This document shows positions 30,006 through 39,533 of a stretch of 64,000 nucleotides of DNA, in pieces (the stretch's first letter is position 1; each line of letters begins with the position of its first letter). Both the position numbers and the translations under genes were made by a program. The notes under the pieces were generated by a model. That model had not been told where the DNA came from, did no database searches, and saw only the letters and a list, made by a program, of their open reading frames with translations. The stretch comes from Acidobacteriota bacterium (lineage in GTDB: Bacteria > Acidobacteriota > UBA6911 > RPQK01 > JAJDTT01): NCBI GenBank assembly GCA_965217775.1, contig CBDCJH010000002.1, positions 2,688,001 through 2,752,000 of the forward strand, given 5' to 3'.

Positions 30006-31619
30006 TCATTCCTGCGACGGCTCGATCCGGATCGACTCGATTCCGGGTCCCGGGCCTTCTCCGGTGCGGGAGAGGCGGAGATTCAGCCTCCAGCGGGCTC
30101 CCGTCATCGGGACCGTGTAGTTCTCGACGCCGCCGTGGAGCTCCCGCCAGCTCGATCCTCCGTCCGCTTCACCGTCACCGTCGGCGTCCTCTTCCAACCG
30201 GAACCGGGCCCGCCGTCCGCCGAACGTGTACTGCTCCAGGTCCGACACCATGGAGTCCCGGGTTGCATAGTAGGCCACGGCCACGAAGGCCCCGTCCACC
30301 CGCCGCTTCAGGTCTCCGTAACCGGTGTCGGTTCCCGGAAGCATGGGGCCGTGCAGCAGCTCGGGGCCCTGCCAGGTGGCGCCGTCTTCGTCGGACCAGT
30401 AGACCACCGGCTTGCGAGTGTATCCGCCGCCGATGCTGTGGAGGCCCATGCCCCAGAGACGGCCCTCGCCAGCGGCGTAGTCCAGCACGTTCCCATGCTG
30501 GAACCTGGGATTGCTCTCCTTGTAGATCCGGGCCCGCTGCCAGAGGCCCCCTTCGACGCCGCCGTCCACCTTGGGGGATATCTCCTCCAGGGGGGCGAAG
30601 GTGGCGCCCATGTCGGTGCTCACCGTCTGCCAGGTGTGCCGATTGCCGGCCGCGTCCCGCAGGACGGCCACGATGGTGCGGTTGCCCACGTACTCGATGG
30701 CCGGTTCGAAGGTCGCTCCTCCGTCCGGGTCCTTCTCGCTGGCCAGGGGACCGATCCAGCTCAGGAATTCATAGCTCCGGCCGTCGTCGGTGGAGCGGGC
30801 CAACAGGGTTCCCGCCTGGGCCTCGTGGTGGAAATACTGGAACGCCATGTAGACGTGGGTGGGATTCTCGGGATCCACGAACCAGTCTTCGGTGCCGATG
30901 GCCAGGTCCCCGGGCGCCCCGGTGACCCCCTGCACGTGAATTCGATCGTGGTCCGAGACCCAGGTCTTCCCGCCGTCGTGGGAACGGAGCTGTCGTGTTC
31001 CGGTGCTGTAGGCGGTCCGCCAGAACTGGAGGATGAGGTCGCCGCTGGGCATGTGGTAGAGGCCCGGCTCGCTGTGGGTGTAGCCGTCGTCAAAGGGCAT
31101 CCCCGAAATGGGGGAACCGTCGAACCAGCGGTCCAACTCGCCCCAGGTCCGTCCCTCGTCCGAGGAGGTCAGAATGTGGATGGCATCCTGGCCCTTCCAG
31201 TCCATGTGATTCAGTCCGGAGCGAAGCGCCATGACCCACCGGTTCTGGTCCAGAATGGCGATCATCGAGCGCCCGTACCAGTCGTGCGGAACACCGTCGC
31301 TGCCGGTGTAGGGTTCCTCGGAGCCGTCCACCACGACTTCGATGGTCTTGTCCCGGAAAAGGTCCAATCGGGACCGGAACGTAACCCGGACCGAACCGGC
31401 CTCTCCCGGCCCTTCCCGCCAGGCCCCGGTCCAACGGCCTTCGCCGCCCGCTTCCAGCTCCAGACCGTTGGGTCCGGCCACGACGCCCGCCGTGGCACCG
31501 GCGGCGTCCTTCCATTGCTGCTCCGCTTCCAGGATCAAGGTTCCGCTCCCTGCACCGCAGGCCGCCGCGGCCACGGCCAGAAGGCACCCGGCTCCCCTCA
31601 GCCCGCTCATTGGATTCAT
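30006..31619 (-). CDS. Sialidase-family / BNR-repeat lipoprotein
   Basis: Lipobox AAAC; Asp boxes SSDEGRTW, SHDGGKTW, STDDGRSY, STDMGATF, SDEDGATW; ATGA overlap with the upstream gene. Confidence 0.7.
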   Translation of the reverse strand: MNPMSGLRGAGCLLAVAAAACGAGSGTLILEAEQQWKDAAGATAGVVAGPNGLELEAGGEGRWTGAWREGPGEAGSVRVTFRSRLDLFRDKTIEVVVDGSEEPYTGSDGVPHDWYGRSMIAILDQNRWVMALRSGLNHMDWKGQDAIHILTSSDEGRTWGELDRWFDGSPISGMPFDDGYTHSEPGLYHMPSGDLILQFWRTAYSTGTRQLRSHDGGKTWVSDHDRIHVQGVTGAPGDLAIGTEDWFVDPENPTHVYMAFQYFHHEAQAGTLLARSTDDGRSYEFLSWIGPLASEKDPDGGATFEPAIEYVGNRTIVAVLRDAAGNRHTWQTVSTDMGATFAPLEEISPKVDGGVEGGLWQRARIYKESNPRFQHGNVLDYAAGEGRLWGMGLHSIGGGYTRKPVVYWSDEDGATWQGPELLHGPMLPGTDTGYGDLKRRVDGAFVAVAYYATRDSMVSDLEQYTFGGRRARFRLEEDADGDGEADGGSSWRELHGGVENYTVPMTGARWRLNLRLSRTGEGPGPGIESIRIEPSQE

Positions 31620-32407
31620 GGTTCGTTCCCTTCCTCGGCCACCACCGGGTTGGCCAGAACGCCCACCTGGGGGACCTCGATCTCCACGTTGTCTCCAGGA
31701 TAGATGGGTCCCACACCCGAGGGCGTCCCGGTCAGGATCACGTCCCCGGGAAGCAGCGTCATGGCCCGGCTCATGTAGGAGACGATCTCGGCCACGGAGT
31801 AGATGAGGTCCGAGGTATTGGTGCGTTGCCGCTCCCGGCCGTTGACGCGGGCCAGCAGCAGCAGGCCGGTGGGATCCAGCCCGGTGACGACGGCCGGCCC
31901 CAGGGGGCAAAAGGTGTCGTACCCCTTGCCCATGAGAAGACATCCCTCCTTCATCTCGGCCCTCTGGATGACGCGCTCGCTCACGTCGTTGCCGCAAGTG
32001 TATCCCAGGACGTAGTCCAGGGCCTCGCTGCTGCCGACCCTCCGGGCTATCCTCCCGATGACCGCCACCAGCTCGGCCTCGAAGTGGACTTCCAGATTCC
32101 CCTCTTCGGCCGGATAGACGATGGATTCCCCGGGTCCGATGGCGGCCGTGGAGGGCTTCATGAAGAGCATGGGCTGCGGCGGGTGTTCCTTTCCCCCCTC
32201 GGCCGCGTGGTCGGCATAGTTGAGGCCCAGCCCGAAGATCCTGGGCGCAGGCACGGGCGAGAGGATCCGCACGGACTCCAATCGCGTGGCGGTCCCGTCC
32301 GGAGTCAGGCTCTCGAAGGGCGTCCCTTCCAGGCGCCGGATCAGTCCCCCCTCTTCCAGGATCCCGTAGTGGATCCGGTCCCCTTCCCGATATCGAACGA
32401 TCTTCAT
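31616..32407 (-). CDS. Fumarylacetoacetate hydrolase family protein
   Basis: GLNYADHA.E, LFMKP, HFEAEL..VIG, GYTCGNDVSER, GKGYDTFCPLGP, TL.PGDVILTGTPSGVG. Confidence 0.93.
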   Translation of the reverse strand: MKIVRYREGDRIHYGILEEGGLIRRLEGTPFESLTPDGTATRLESVRILSPVPAPRIFGLGLNYADHAAEGGKEHPPQPMLFMKPSTAAIGPGESIVYPAEEGNLEVHFEAELVAVIGRIARRVGSSEALDYVLGYTCGNDVSERVIQRAEMKEGCLLMGKGYDTFCPLGPAVVTGLDPTGLLLLARVNGRERQRTNTSDLIYSVAEIVSYMSRAMTLLPGDVILTGTPSGVGPIYPGDNVEIEVPQVGVLANPVVAEEGNEP

Positions 32408-33336
32408 CAGCTTCCCCTTTCGATTTCTTCCTGAAACTCCCGGTAAAGCTCTCCGACCTGCGCCTCGCGGGCGTCGCCGTCGTGGACCCCGACTCGAAGC
32501 CCGAACTCCACGTTCTGTCCCGGTTCCAGCGACCAGACGCGGCTGGCCATGGGGTTGATGGTCAGGGTCCCCCAATCGGTCACGTACCAGGGATGACCGG
32601 CCGTCGAGGAATGGGGAAACAGGGCCACGCCCGCACGGACCCCCCTTCCCAAGGTCCCGGAACCGTCCACCCAATCGGCGCTCTCACGACTGATGTCCCG
32701 TCCCCCCTCACGCCCCTCCGAGTCCAGAAGCCTTCCGCCATGGGTCACGGTCAGGGCCTCGATCAGTCGCACCCCGAAAAGTCCATGGCGAGTGGGCCCC
32801 AGCTCGAGTCCCCACTGGCCGGCCTGGAGGCGGGAGCGGACGTCGATCCGGTTCGCCCGCTCCCCGGGACGGATGTCCAGCGTCCGGGTCTCGGTCAGGA
32901 GGACTCGTCCTTCCGATGCGGCCCATTCCTCCGGACCCCGCCACTGGAGGTTCAACTGGATTCTCAGGTGGTCCGGAGCCAGCTCTTCGGACTCGACTCC
33001 GGTGGTCAGGATCCGTCCCGGCGCCCGGCCCTGGAAGGTCCCGTTCACGTAGAAGTTGTAGGTCCCCTCCTCGGTCTCGTCCGAGGAATAGGGGAAACGG
33101 CACCGGACCCGGTCCAGGGCCACCCAAATGGAATTGTGGTGGGGGTGATCCGCCGGACTCTCGGAGGTGACGGCGAAGCCAGCCGGAGTGAATACCGGGT
33201 AGAGATAGGGCCTGTAGGGCCCCTGGCTCAGTGACAGGATTCGCTTTCCACGCCACCGGACTCCGAGGCGATGCGACGCCGCCCAAGCCCCCCGCGCCAG
33301 CTCGACCTGATCCTCCAGAATTGAGAAAGATTCCAC
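32407..33336 (-). CDS. DUF6807 / PmoA-like family protein
   Basis: RPYLYPV.TPAG..VT..SP.DHPHH.SIW, LLTETR, G.FGVR, A.WVD.SG, W; start uncertain. Confidence 0.7.
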   Translation of the reverse strand: MESFSILEDQVELARGAWAASHRLGVRWRGKRILSLSQGPYRPYLYPVFTPAGFAVTSESPADHPHHNSIWVALDRVRCRFPYSSDETEEGTYNFYVNGTFQGRAPGRILTTGVESEELAPDHLRIQLNLQWRGPEEWAASEGRVLLTETRTLDIRPGERANRIDVRSRLQAGQWGLELGPTRHGLFGVRLIEALTVTHGGRLLDSEGREGGRDISRESADWVDGSGTLGRGVRAGVALFPHSSTAGHPWYVTDWGTLTINPMASRVWSLEPGQNVEFGLRVGVHDGDAREAQVGELYREFQEEIERGS

Positions 33337-33436
33337 CAGAACCGCCTGTCGCCGCTGGATTTGCAATCGGGGGACGCCCCAGCCAGAATGACCCGTCAAC
33401 GCCGTGCGGGATGGTCCAACCGACCGGGACGCAATC

Positions 33437-35119
33437 ATGCCCGAGAAGAGATCGGATGTCCAAGGCGACCGGCTGCTGCTGCGGGAAGCCCGCGCCCAAG
33501 GCCGGGGCGCCCTGCTGAAGACCTATTTCCGGCTCTCGGGTCCGGGCTGGCTTCAAAGCGCCCTGACCCTTGGAGGCGGTTCCCTGGCCAGTGGCCTCTA
33601 CCTGGGAACCCTCTCCGGGTTCGCCCTCCTCTGGCTCCAACCGGTGGCCATGATCCTGGGCATCGTCATGCTGGGCGCCATCAGCTACGTCACCCTCTCC
33701 ACGGGCGAGCGTCCCTTTCAGGCCATCAACCGGCACGTGAGCCCCCTCCTGGGATGGGCCTGGGCCATCGCCAGCCTCATGGCCAACATGGTCTGGTCAC
33801 TGCCCCAGTACAGCCTGGCTACCAGCGCGGTCCAGCAGAACCTGCTGCCGGATCTCTTGGGAGCGGACGGCGTCACCGGCGACCTGGGCGGCAAGGTGAT
33901 CATCTGCGCCGTCATCCTCGCGGTCACCATCTCCATCACCTGGCTCTACGGCAAGGGCGGCTGGGGGGTGAAGGTGTACGAGGGGACCCTGAAGGTGGTG
34001 GTGGCACTGATCGTCCTCTGCTTCTTCGGCGTGGTCGTGAAGATGGCCCTCTCCCCGGGCGCCCTGAACTGGGGAGCCGTTCTCTCCGGGTTCGTCCCCG
34101 ACCTGAGCGTCCTGATGCATCCGACCGCTACCTACACCCCCTTCCTGGAGGCGGTCGGCGAGACCTCGCGCGAGTTCTGGAGCGGCAAGATCCTGGGGAT
34201 GCAGCGCGACGTCATGATCAGCGCCAGCGCCACGGCGGTCGGGATCAACATGACCTTCCTGCTGGGCTACTCCCTCCTCTCCCGAGGCTGGAACCGGGAA
34301 TTTCGCGGTCTGGCCATCTTCGACCTGTCCACCGGGATGCTCATCCCCTTCCTGCTGGCCACCAGTTGCGTGGTCATCGCCTCGGCCAGCCAGTTTCACA
34401 CCCGTCCCGCGGCCGGACTGGTCTCGGAGGCGGAGGGGCCGGCGCCTCCTGCCAAATTGGTGGCCGGCTACCAGGGCCTGTTGAGGGAGCGGATTGCAGC
34501 CACCAGTCCGGGGCTGTCCGCGGAAGCGAGTAGCCGGGCGGCCGAGGAGTTGCCGCAGGCGGAGAAGGAAATAGCCGCCATGCTGGTGAAACGGGACGCC
34601 TTCAATCTGGCGGAGTCGCTGGAGCCTCTCACCGGCAGCCTGTTCGCCCGGGTGGTGTTCGGAATCGGCGTGGTGGGAATGGCCCTCTCCAGCATCGCCA
34701 TCCTCATGCTGATCTCGGGGTTCGTCGTCTGCGAGATGCTGGGACTGGAGCCCAAGGGGCGGGCCTATCGGCTGGGCTCACTGGCCGCCGTGGTAGGGGT
34801 GCTGGGGCCCTTCTTCTGGAAGGATGCCCAGTTCTGGCTGGCGGTCCCCACGTCGATCTTCGGGATGGCGCTACTGCCCATTGCGTACATCTCCTTCTTC
34901 TTGCTCATGAACCAGCGGAAGCTGTTGGGCGAGAACCTGCCCCGGGGAGGAAAGCGAGTGGTCTGGAACGTGATGATGGCCCTGGCCACCGGGTTCGCCA
35001 CGTTGGGCTGCGCCTACAGCATCTGGTCCCGGATCGGGGTCCCCGGATTGGTCGCTGCCGGGGGATTCGTGCTGCTGGCGGTGTTGTTCCGGTTTCGACG
35101 GAAGGGCAGTACGGCCTGA
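33437..35119 (+). CDS. NRAMP-like divalent metal cation transporter family protein
   Basis: SGPGWLQSA.TLGGGSL, LLWLQP, TAVGINMTF and about 11 TM segments. Confidence 0.7.
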   Translation: MPEKRSDVQGDRLLLREARAQGRGALLKTYFRLSGPGWLQSALTLGGGSLASGLYLGTLSGFALLWLQPVAMILGIVMLGAISYVTLSTGERPFQAINRHVSPLLGWAWAIASLMANMVWSLPQYSLATSAVQQNLLPDLLGADGVTGDLGGKVIICAVILAVTISITWLYGKGGWGVKVYEGTLKVVVALIVLCFFGVVVKMALSPGALNWGAVLSGFVPDLSVLMHPTATYTPFLEAVGETSREFWSGKILGMQRDVMISASATAVGINMTFLLGYSLLSRGWNREFRGLAIFDLSTGMLIPFLLATSCVVIASASQFHTRPAAGLVSEAEGPAPPAKLVAGYQGLLRERIAATSPGLSAEASSRAAEELPQAEKEIAAMLVKRDAFNLAESLEPLTGSLFARVVFGIGVVGMALSSIAILMLISGFVVCEMLGLEPKGRAYRLGSLAAVVGVLGPFFWKDAQFWLAVPTSIFGMALLPIAYISFFLLMNQRKLLGENLPRGGKRVVWNVMMALATGFATLGCAYSIWSRIGVPGLVAAGGFVLLAVLFRFRRKGSTA

Positions 35120-35161
35120 GTTGGGGGCTTTCGGGTCGTCCGTGCTCGTAAGAGTCGGCGG
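35065..35161 (+). repeat. 97-bp direct repeat, copy 1 (3' end of the transporter gene, downstream sequence, start of a REP)
   Basis: Aligns without gaps to 37472-37568. Confidence 0.88.
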
Positions 35162-35179
35162 TTGGAAACCGCCGCTCCC
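35155..35179. repeat. REP-like palindrome
   Basis: TCGGCGGTTGGAAACCGCCGCTCCC, reverse complement of the 8128-8152 copy. Confidence 0.8.
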
Positions 35180-35207
35180 GCTCCCAAACTCACCCAAAGG
35201 AGACCAA

Positions 35208-35250
35208 TTTTCGCCATGAATAGCAAAATATTTTCTATTCATGGCGAAAA
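35208..35250. other. 43-bp AT-rich near-perfect palindrome
   Basis: TTTTCGCCATGAATAG-C-AAAATATTTT-CTATTCATGGCGAAAA: perfect 16-bp arms around a self-complementary core. Confidence 0.8.
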
Positions 35251-35314
35251 CGACTGCAAGGGAGAGCTGACTGGCCTCGGCCACGCTCCGGTCCGCACAG
35301 GCGCGCCTTCACAG

Positions 35315-35500
35315 ATGACTGGAAACGAGCCAGCGAAACGGCTCAGCATCAATGTGCCAGCCCCTGTACATCGGCGCTTTAAGACGGCGTGTTTCGCTAT
35401 CAGTCGCCAGACGGTCTCTGAGCTACGGCACTTGATCGAAGTCCGTATAATGGAGCTTGAACGTGAGGTCGGAAGCGGTGAATCGCGCGGTCCACGGTGA
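35315..35500 (+). CDS. ParG-like ribbon-helix-helix DNA-binding protein
   Basis: KRLSINVPAPVHRRFKTAC......TVSELRHLIE RHH pattern. Confidence 0.55.
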   Translation: MTGNEPAKRLSINVPAPVHRRFKTACFAISRQTVSELRHLIEVRIMELEREVGSGESRGPR

Positions 35501-35522
35501 TTCTCCTAGAAGAAGACTGGAC

Positions 35523-35753
35523 ATGAGCTACATCGTAAGCGAACTCTACGAAGCACTCCTCGCCGCTGGCGCACCTGACGACAAGGCTAAGGCTGCGGCG
35601 GCGGCCGTTCCGATCCCGGAACAGCTCGCCACCAGGGCCGACGTTGATGACGTGAAAGCGAACCTGGCAGGGTTGGACAAGCGCGTAGCTCGTTTGGAGT
35701 GGGCCGCGTATGCGGCTCTAGCCCTTTTGGGGAAGTTGGCCTTCTTCAGTTGA
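35523..35753 (+). CDS. Small coiled-coil protein with C-terminal TM (DUF1640/CCDC90-like)
   Basis: LYEALLAAGAPDDKAKAAA...LATRADV, heptads, hydrophobic tail. Confidence 0.6.
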   Translation: MSYIVSELYEALLAAGAPDDKAKAAAAAVPIPEQLATRADVDDVKANLAGLDKRVARLEWAAYAALALLGKLAFFS

Positions 35754-36161
35754 CCCTCGTCAGGGACAATCCGCGCTCCTCTGCAAGAAGGCAAGAAGCA
35801 CCTCCCACTGCGGAAGATACGGCGTCATTTCCTCGCATATCATCCTGAAGATCTGCAGTGCGCGGAGGACCATCGCTACCTCTCGGCACTCCTTTGCGAA
35901 CGGGAATGTTGAGGGAGACTGCCAGACTAATTCTCAAGCTCGCGACTGCGAAGCATCACCGACCGGCGCCGCCGGTGCGTCACCCACAACCTCGTCGAGC
36001 GGGTCTCCATCTGGAGGCATTGTTTGACTGAAATCAACAGGTCTCGCTGAACCTTTGTCAGCCGTAATTCATCAGTTCCAGTAAGGGTTTGAGTGTCGCT
36101 CCGGTCGTGCCAACGAGATCAACGGCCTCATGAATTCATTCTGAACAGGGAGGAGAAAGCA

Positions 36162-36978
36162 ATGAGAGTCACGCGGATTGGACTGTGTCTACTGGTACTG
36201 GCAATCACGATCGCACCGGTCCGGGCCCGCAACGTCTACGGTCACCTTGTTCTCGGTGGGAGTGACACCGATTTGTCATTCGAATGCATCTTTATGGTCT
36301 CAAACAAAGTCCTCACAGAGCCTTGGGAAGACAAGGTCACGCTTCTGACCGGATCAGACGAGGACTGGGAGGGAAACTGGTCCGTCAACGGAGAGGATTT
36401 CAGCGGCTCAAACTCGTTTCCCGTAGCTTTGGAACCCGCGGGGTCCGCCACCTTCGTCATCACCGGTGACTCCATGATTCGTACCGGTTATCTGGAGTTT
36501 CGCGGTGACCGTTCCTACTTCCACGGGGATCTGGCGACTACATTCTTCTATCAGGTGAAGCAGGGGGGCGAGCTCATCGACTCGATTGGCACGGGACCTA
36601 CGGAGCCTGGGCTCTATTTCGCATTCCCTATCCAGCAAAACTCCCGTATGAGAACGGGAATTGCCTGGGTGGCGCTTGCCCACGTCAAACCCTTGGCGCC
36701 GGAAGAGATCCGCATCGGGATCTTCGACCCGGAAGGCGCAGTCTTCGAAATCAAGACCGTGCCCTACGAAGGATACGAAGCCCAATTCGTGGACGAGTTG
36801 TTTCCGGACCTAACCGGAGGAATTTCAAGGAACCATGATGGTCAATGTGGAGAAATTCATTCACATCACAGTCCTCCGGCAGGATACGCTGGCTTCGGGT
36901 GCGGTCCAGTTCACCAACACACCTCCGGACCATTGGTGTTTCGATGGCGACTGCTCTTTGGGTGAAGCCAGCCCTTGA
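36162..36978 (+). pseudogene. Secreted beta-rich protein with an apparent +1 frameshift near 36813
   Basis: Signal peptide and GGGAGGAG RBS; AQFVDELFPDL continues in the +1 frame as PEEFQGTMMV...TVLRQ...VQFTNTPP to TGA 36976-36978 if one A is removed. Confidence 0.55.
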
Positions 36979-37219
36979 ATACCTCCGGTGGGCAACACCC
37001 ACGCTCAGTCTCTGTTACCCCGGAGCGGACTGTCAGACAGTCCCAGGTCTAATTTAGCCCGTGGACTCGCTGGTGGGGGCAGGTCATGACGGTTCGGTTA
37101 CGAATAGCATGTCATCGCGAATGCCAGTCTTGATCGTCTTGGTCTTCTCGGGAGCATTTTTTTCGGTGGCCAGGGTGATACTGGATCTGAAGAATCGGAC
37201 GAGAGTGCCTGCAGCGTGG

Positions 37220-37400
37220 TTTGTGACACTTCGTAACGACCCGTACACCAACCGCATCGCGCGCAGGCTGAGCGAGTTCCGAAATAGCCGCATCGTGGAT
37301 CTGCTTATAGATGCGGTCAACGGACAGGAACGTGTATTCGCTGTCGTAGGTGCCGGCCGCGTTGTCATGCAGGAACCTGCCTCACGCGCGACGATTCTTC
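37220..37400 (+). pseudogene. Gene fragment resembling a TraB-like/erythromycin-esterase-fold C-terminus
   Basis: RNSRIVDLLIDAVNGQERVFAVVGAGRVVMQEPA resembles R...i...l......v..vvG..H with the His replaced; no convincing N-terminus. Confidence 0.3.
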
Positions 37401-37471
37401 CTGTTGATCTACTACCCAACGTTGAAATGCCGAATCCGCGACCATTCATCGGCGCCGTCAAGAGAACGTGC

Positions 37472-37568
37472 ATTCGTATTGCTTGCTGTGTTGTTTCGGT
37501 TTCGCAGGAAGGGCGGTACGGCCTGAGTTGGGGGCTTTCAGGTCGCCCGTGCTCGTAAGAGTCGGCGG
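37472..37568 (+). repeat. 97-bp direct repeat, copy 2
   Basis: Encodes FVLLAVLFRFRRKGGTA* versus FVLLAVLFRFRRKGSTA* in copy 1. Confidence 0.88.
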
Positions 37569-37574
37569 CAAGAA

Positions 37575-39491
37575 GTCACGGTAGGAACGGCAGTTTCCTG
37601 CCGCCCCCCGCACAGATCCGGACGTGCCCGTTAAGGCATCCGGCTCCTACCTTGGGTGTGGACGGCCAGCGGAACCGCTGCCCCGGCCACGGGTGACGGA
37701 TCTTCACGGATGGCCAGAGCAATTCCGTCATCCGTCGCAACCGTCCCCAGCTGAAGCGGTCGCGTTGGGACCGGCGGCGCAAGGCTCGCAGCCACCGCCG
37801 TTGCAGCAGATAGCAGAAACCTCGCAGCCAGCGCGTACTCCCCGGAACCGCAAAATAGTTCAGCCAGCCGTTCAGGACCCGGCTCAACCATTTCCCGACC
37901 TCCCAGTGATCCGCGTGCCGTTGTCTCCACAGCCTCTCCCCCACCCGTTGCAGGGTCCGGTTCATCCGTTTCGCGCTTGGCTTCCGCCCCAGCCGGAAGC
38001 GTCCCTTCCGGGTCTTCGCACAGTAGTGCGTGAACCCCAGAAAGTCGAACGTCTCCGGTTTCCGCTCCCCGCGTCGTCGCCGATCCGCTGCCGCAAATCG
38101 TCCGAACTCCACCAGTCGCGTCTTTTCCGGGTGCAGTTCCAGCCCGAACTCGGCGCACCGTTCCCCCAGGTCTCGGAGAAACCGTTTCGCGTCCGCCCGT
38201 CTCTGGAATCCGGCCACGAAGTCGTCCGCATATCGCACCAGGATCGCTTCGCCTTTCGGGACTCGTGGGCGCCACGTCCGATGGAACCATTGGTCCAGCA
38301 CGTAGTGCAGGTACACGTTGGCCATGACCGGCGAGACGTTGGCGCCCTGAGGCGTCCCTCTCCCCGTGTCCGACCAGGTCCCTTCTTCCATCACGCCGGC
38401 GTTCAGCCACTTGCGCAGCAGCCGCAGCACCCGCCGGTCTCCGATCCGCCGTTCCACGAACTGCATCAGGCAGTCCCGGTCGATCGCATCAAAGAACGTC
38501 CGAATGTCCGCGTCCACGATCCCATTGACTTTCCGCCGTTCGATCCCGTAGGCCAGTGCATCCAGCGCGTCATGCGCCTTCCGTCCGGGCCGGAACCCGT
38601 AGCTGAGCCCGAGAAACTCCGCCTCGTAAATCGGCGTCAGGAGCTCGTCCACGACTGCCTTCTGGAGGATCTTGTCCTCCAGCGCGGCCACGCCGAGCGG
38701 TCGTGTCCTTCCATCCGGCTTGGGGATGTTCACCCGCCGGACGGGAGGCGCTCGGTACGCGCCCCGGTGCACGCGGCGATGCAGGTCCAGCAGTCGCTCT
38801 TCCAGCTTCGCCCCGTACTCCTCCCACCGACCCCATCGATTCCCGGCGCAGCATCCTTCCTCAGTCCGAGGTAGGCGCGGCGCAGGGCCTCCACAGTGAT
38901 ATGGTGCAGCAGCGCGGTCAGTCGCTCCTTGGGGTTTCTCGCGATCGCTCGCCGTATCCGGTCCACCGCTTGGGACACGCTCCCCCGACTCTGCGTCCGG
39001 CGCGTGCTTTGGCTCACCGAATTCCCCTTGGTTCCATCCCTTCGCTCCACCGGCTCCGCCGAGGGTCGCCCCTCTTTGTTCGCCCGCTTCATCGCTACTA
39101 TGGATGAATCCGATTGCTTCGTTCCGTCCATCATGAGTTTCGGGTTACTCCTTTCTCATGCGACCCCGGGGCGACCCCCCGGCGTGAAATGAAGCCCTCC
39201 CAGGTCCCGGAACAAGATTTTGCGTACGTGCCTGGGTTCTTTGACACCGCGGAGCCCGGCCGGCCCTCACCTGGGCGGTCCAGCCGGTGTTGCCTTCGAC
39301 CGCGACTACAGCCTCGGCACTTCCGATCATGGAGCTTTCGATGCTCAATAGCCTGCCCATACGCACCGCTACCGACGCTTCGCCGACACCCTCACGGGTG
39401 CCCACGCACGGCTCGCGGAGAAACGTGGATGGTTAGTCCTTCGTTTCGGCGGACTTCCACCGCCTATCTTGTGCCAGTTAGCCTGGCGCAC
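37575..39491 (-). mobile_element. Group II intron (IIB-like, probably bacterial class E, no endonuclease domain) inserted in a REP palindrome
   Basis: 5' end GTGCG at 39491; domain V GAGCCGGATGCCTTAACGGGCACGTCCGGATC and domain VI ending CTACCGTGAC at 37575; flanks rejoin to GGAGCGGCGGCT|TTCTTGCCGCCGA. Confidence 0.92.
37576..39134 (-). pseudogene. ltrA: Group II intron reverse transcriptase/maturase, frameshifted near 38828
   Basis: N-part ...LTALLHHI..AAPGIDGV and, in another frame, WEEYG..RRVNIPKPDG.TRPLG, SYGFRPGR, DADI..FFD, GTPQG, RYADDF, FDFLGFTH, GWLNYF; one base is missing after GTC. Confidence 0.9.
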
Positions 39492-39531
39492 AGCCGCCGC
39501 TCCCAGTCGGCGACTGGGAAGTCGTCGCTCC
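39492..39531. repeat. REP half (intron 5' exon with IBS1/IBS2) plus an adjacent REP
   Basis: AGCCGCCGCTCCC followed by TCGGCGACTGGGAAGTCGTCGCTCCC. Confidence 0.8.
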
Positions 39532-39533
39532 CG

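Noticed and set aside
32407-33336. Particulate methane monooxygenase
   Set aside because: Soluble DUF6807-type protein; the PmoA family label is a misnomer and there is no pmoCAB operon.
37576-39134. RT as a retron, DGR or CRISPR-associated RT; the 97-bp repeat as a DGR TR/VR pair
   Set aside because: Group II intron boundaries and domains V/VI are clear, and repeat differences are synonymous rather than adenine-specific.
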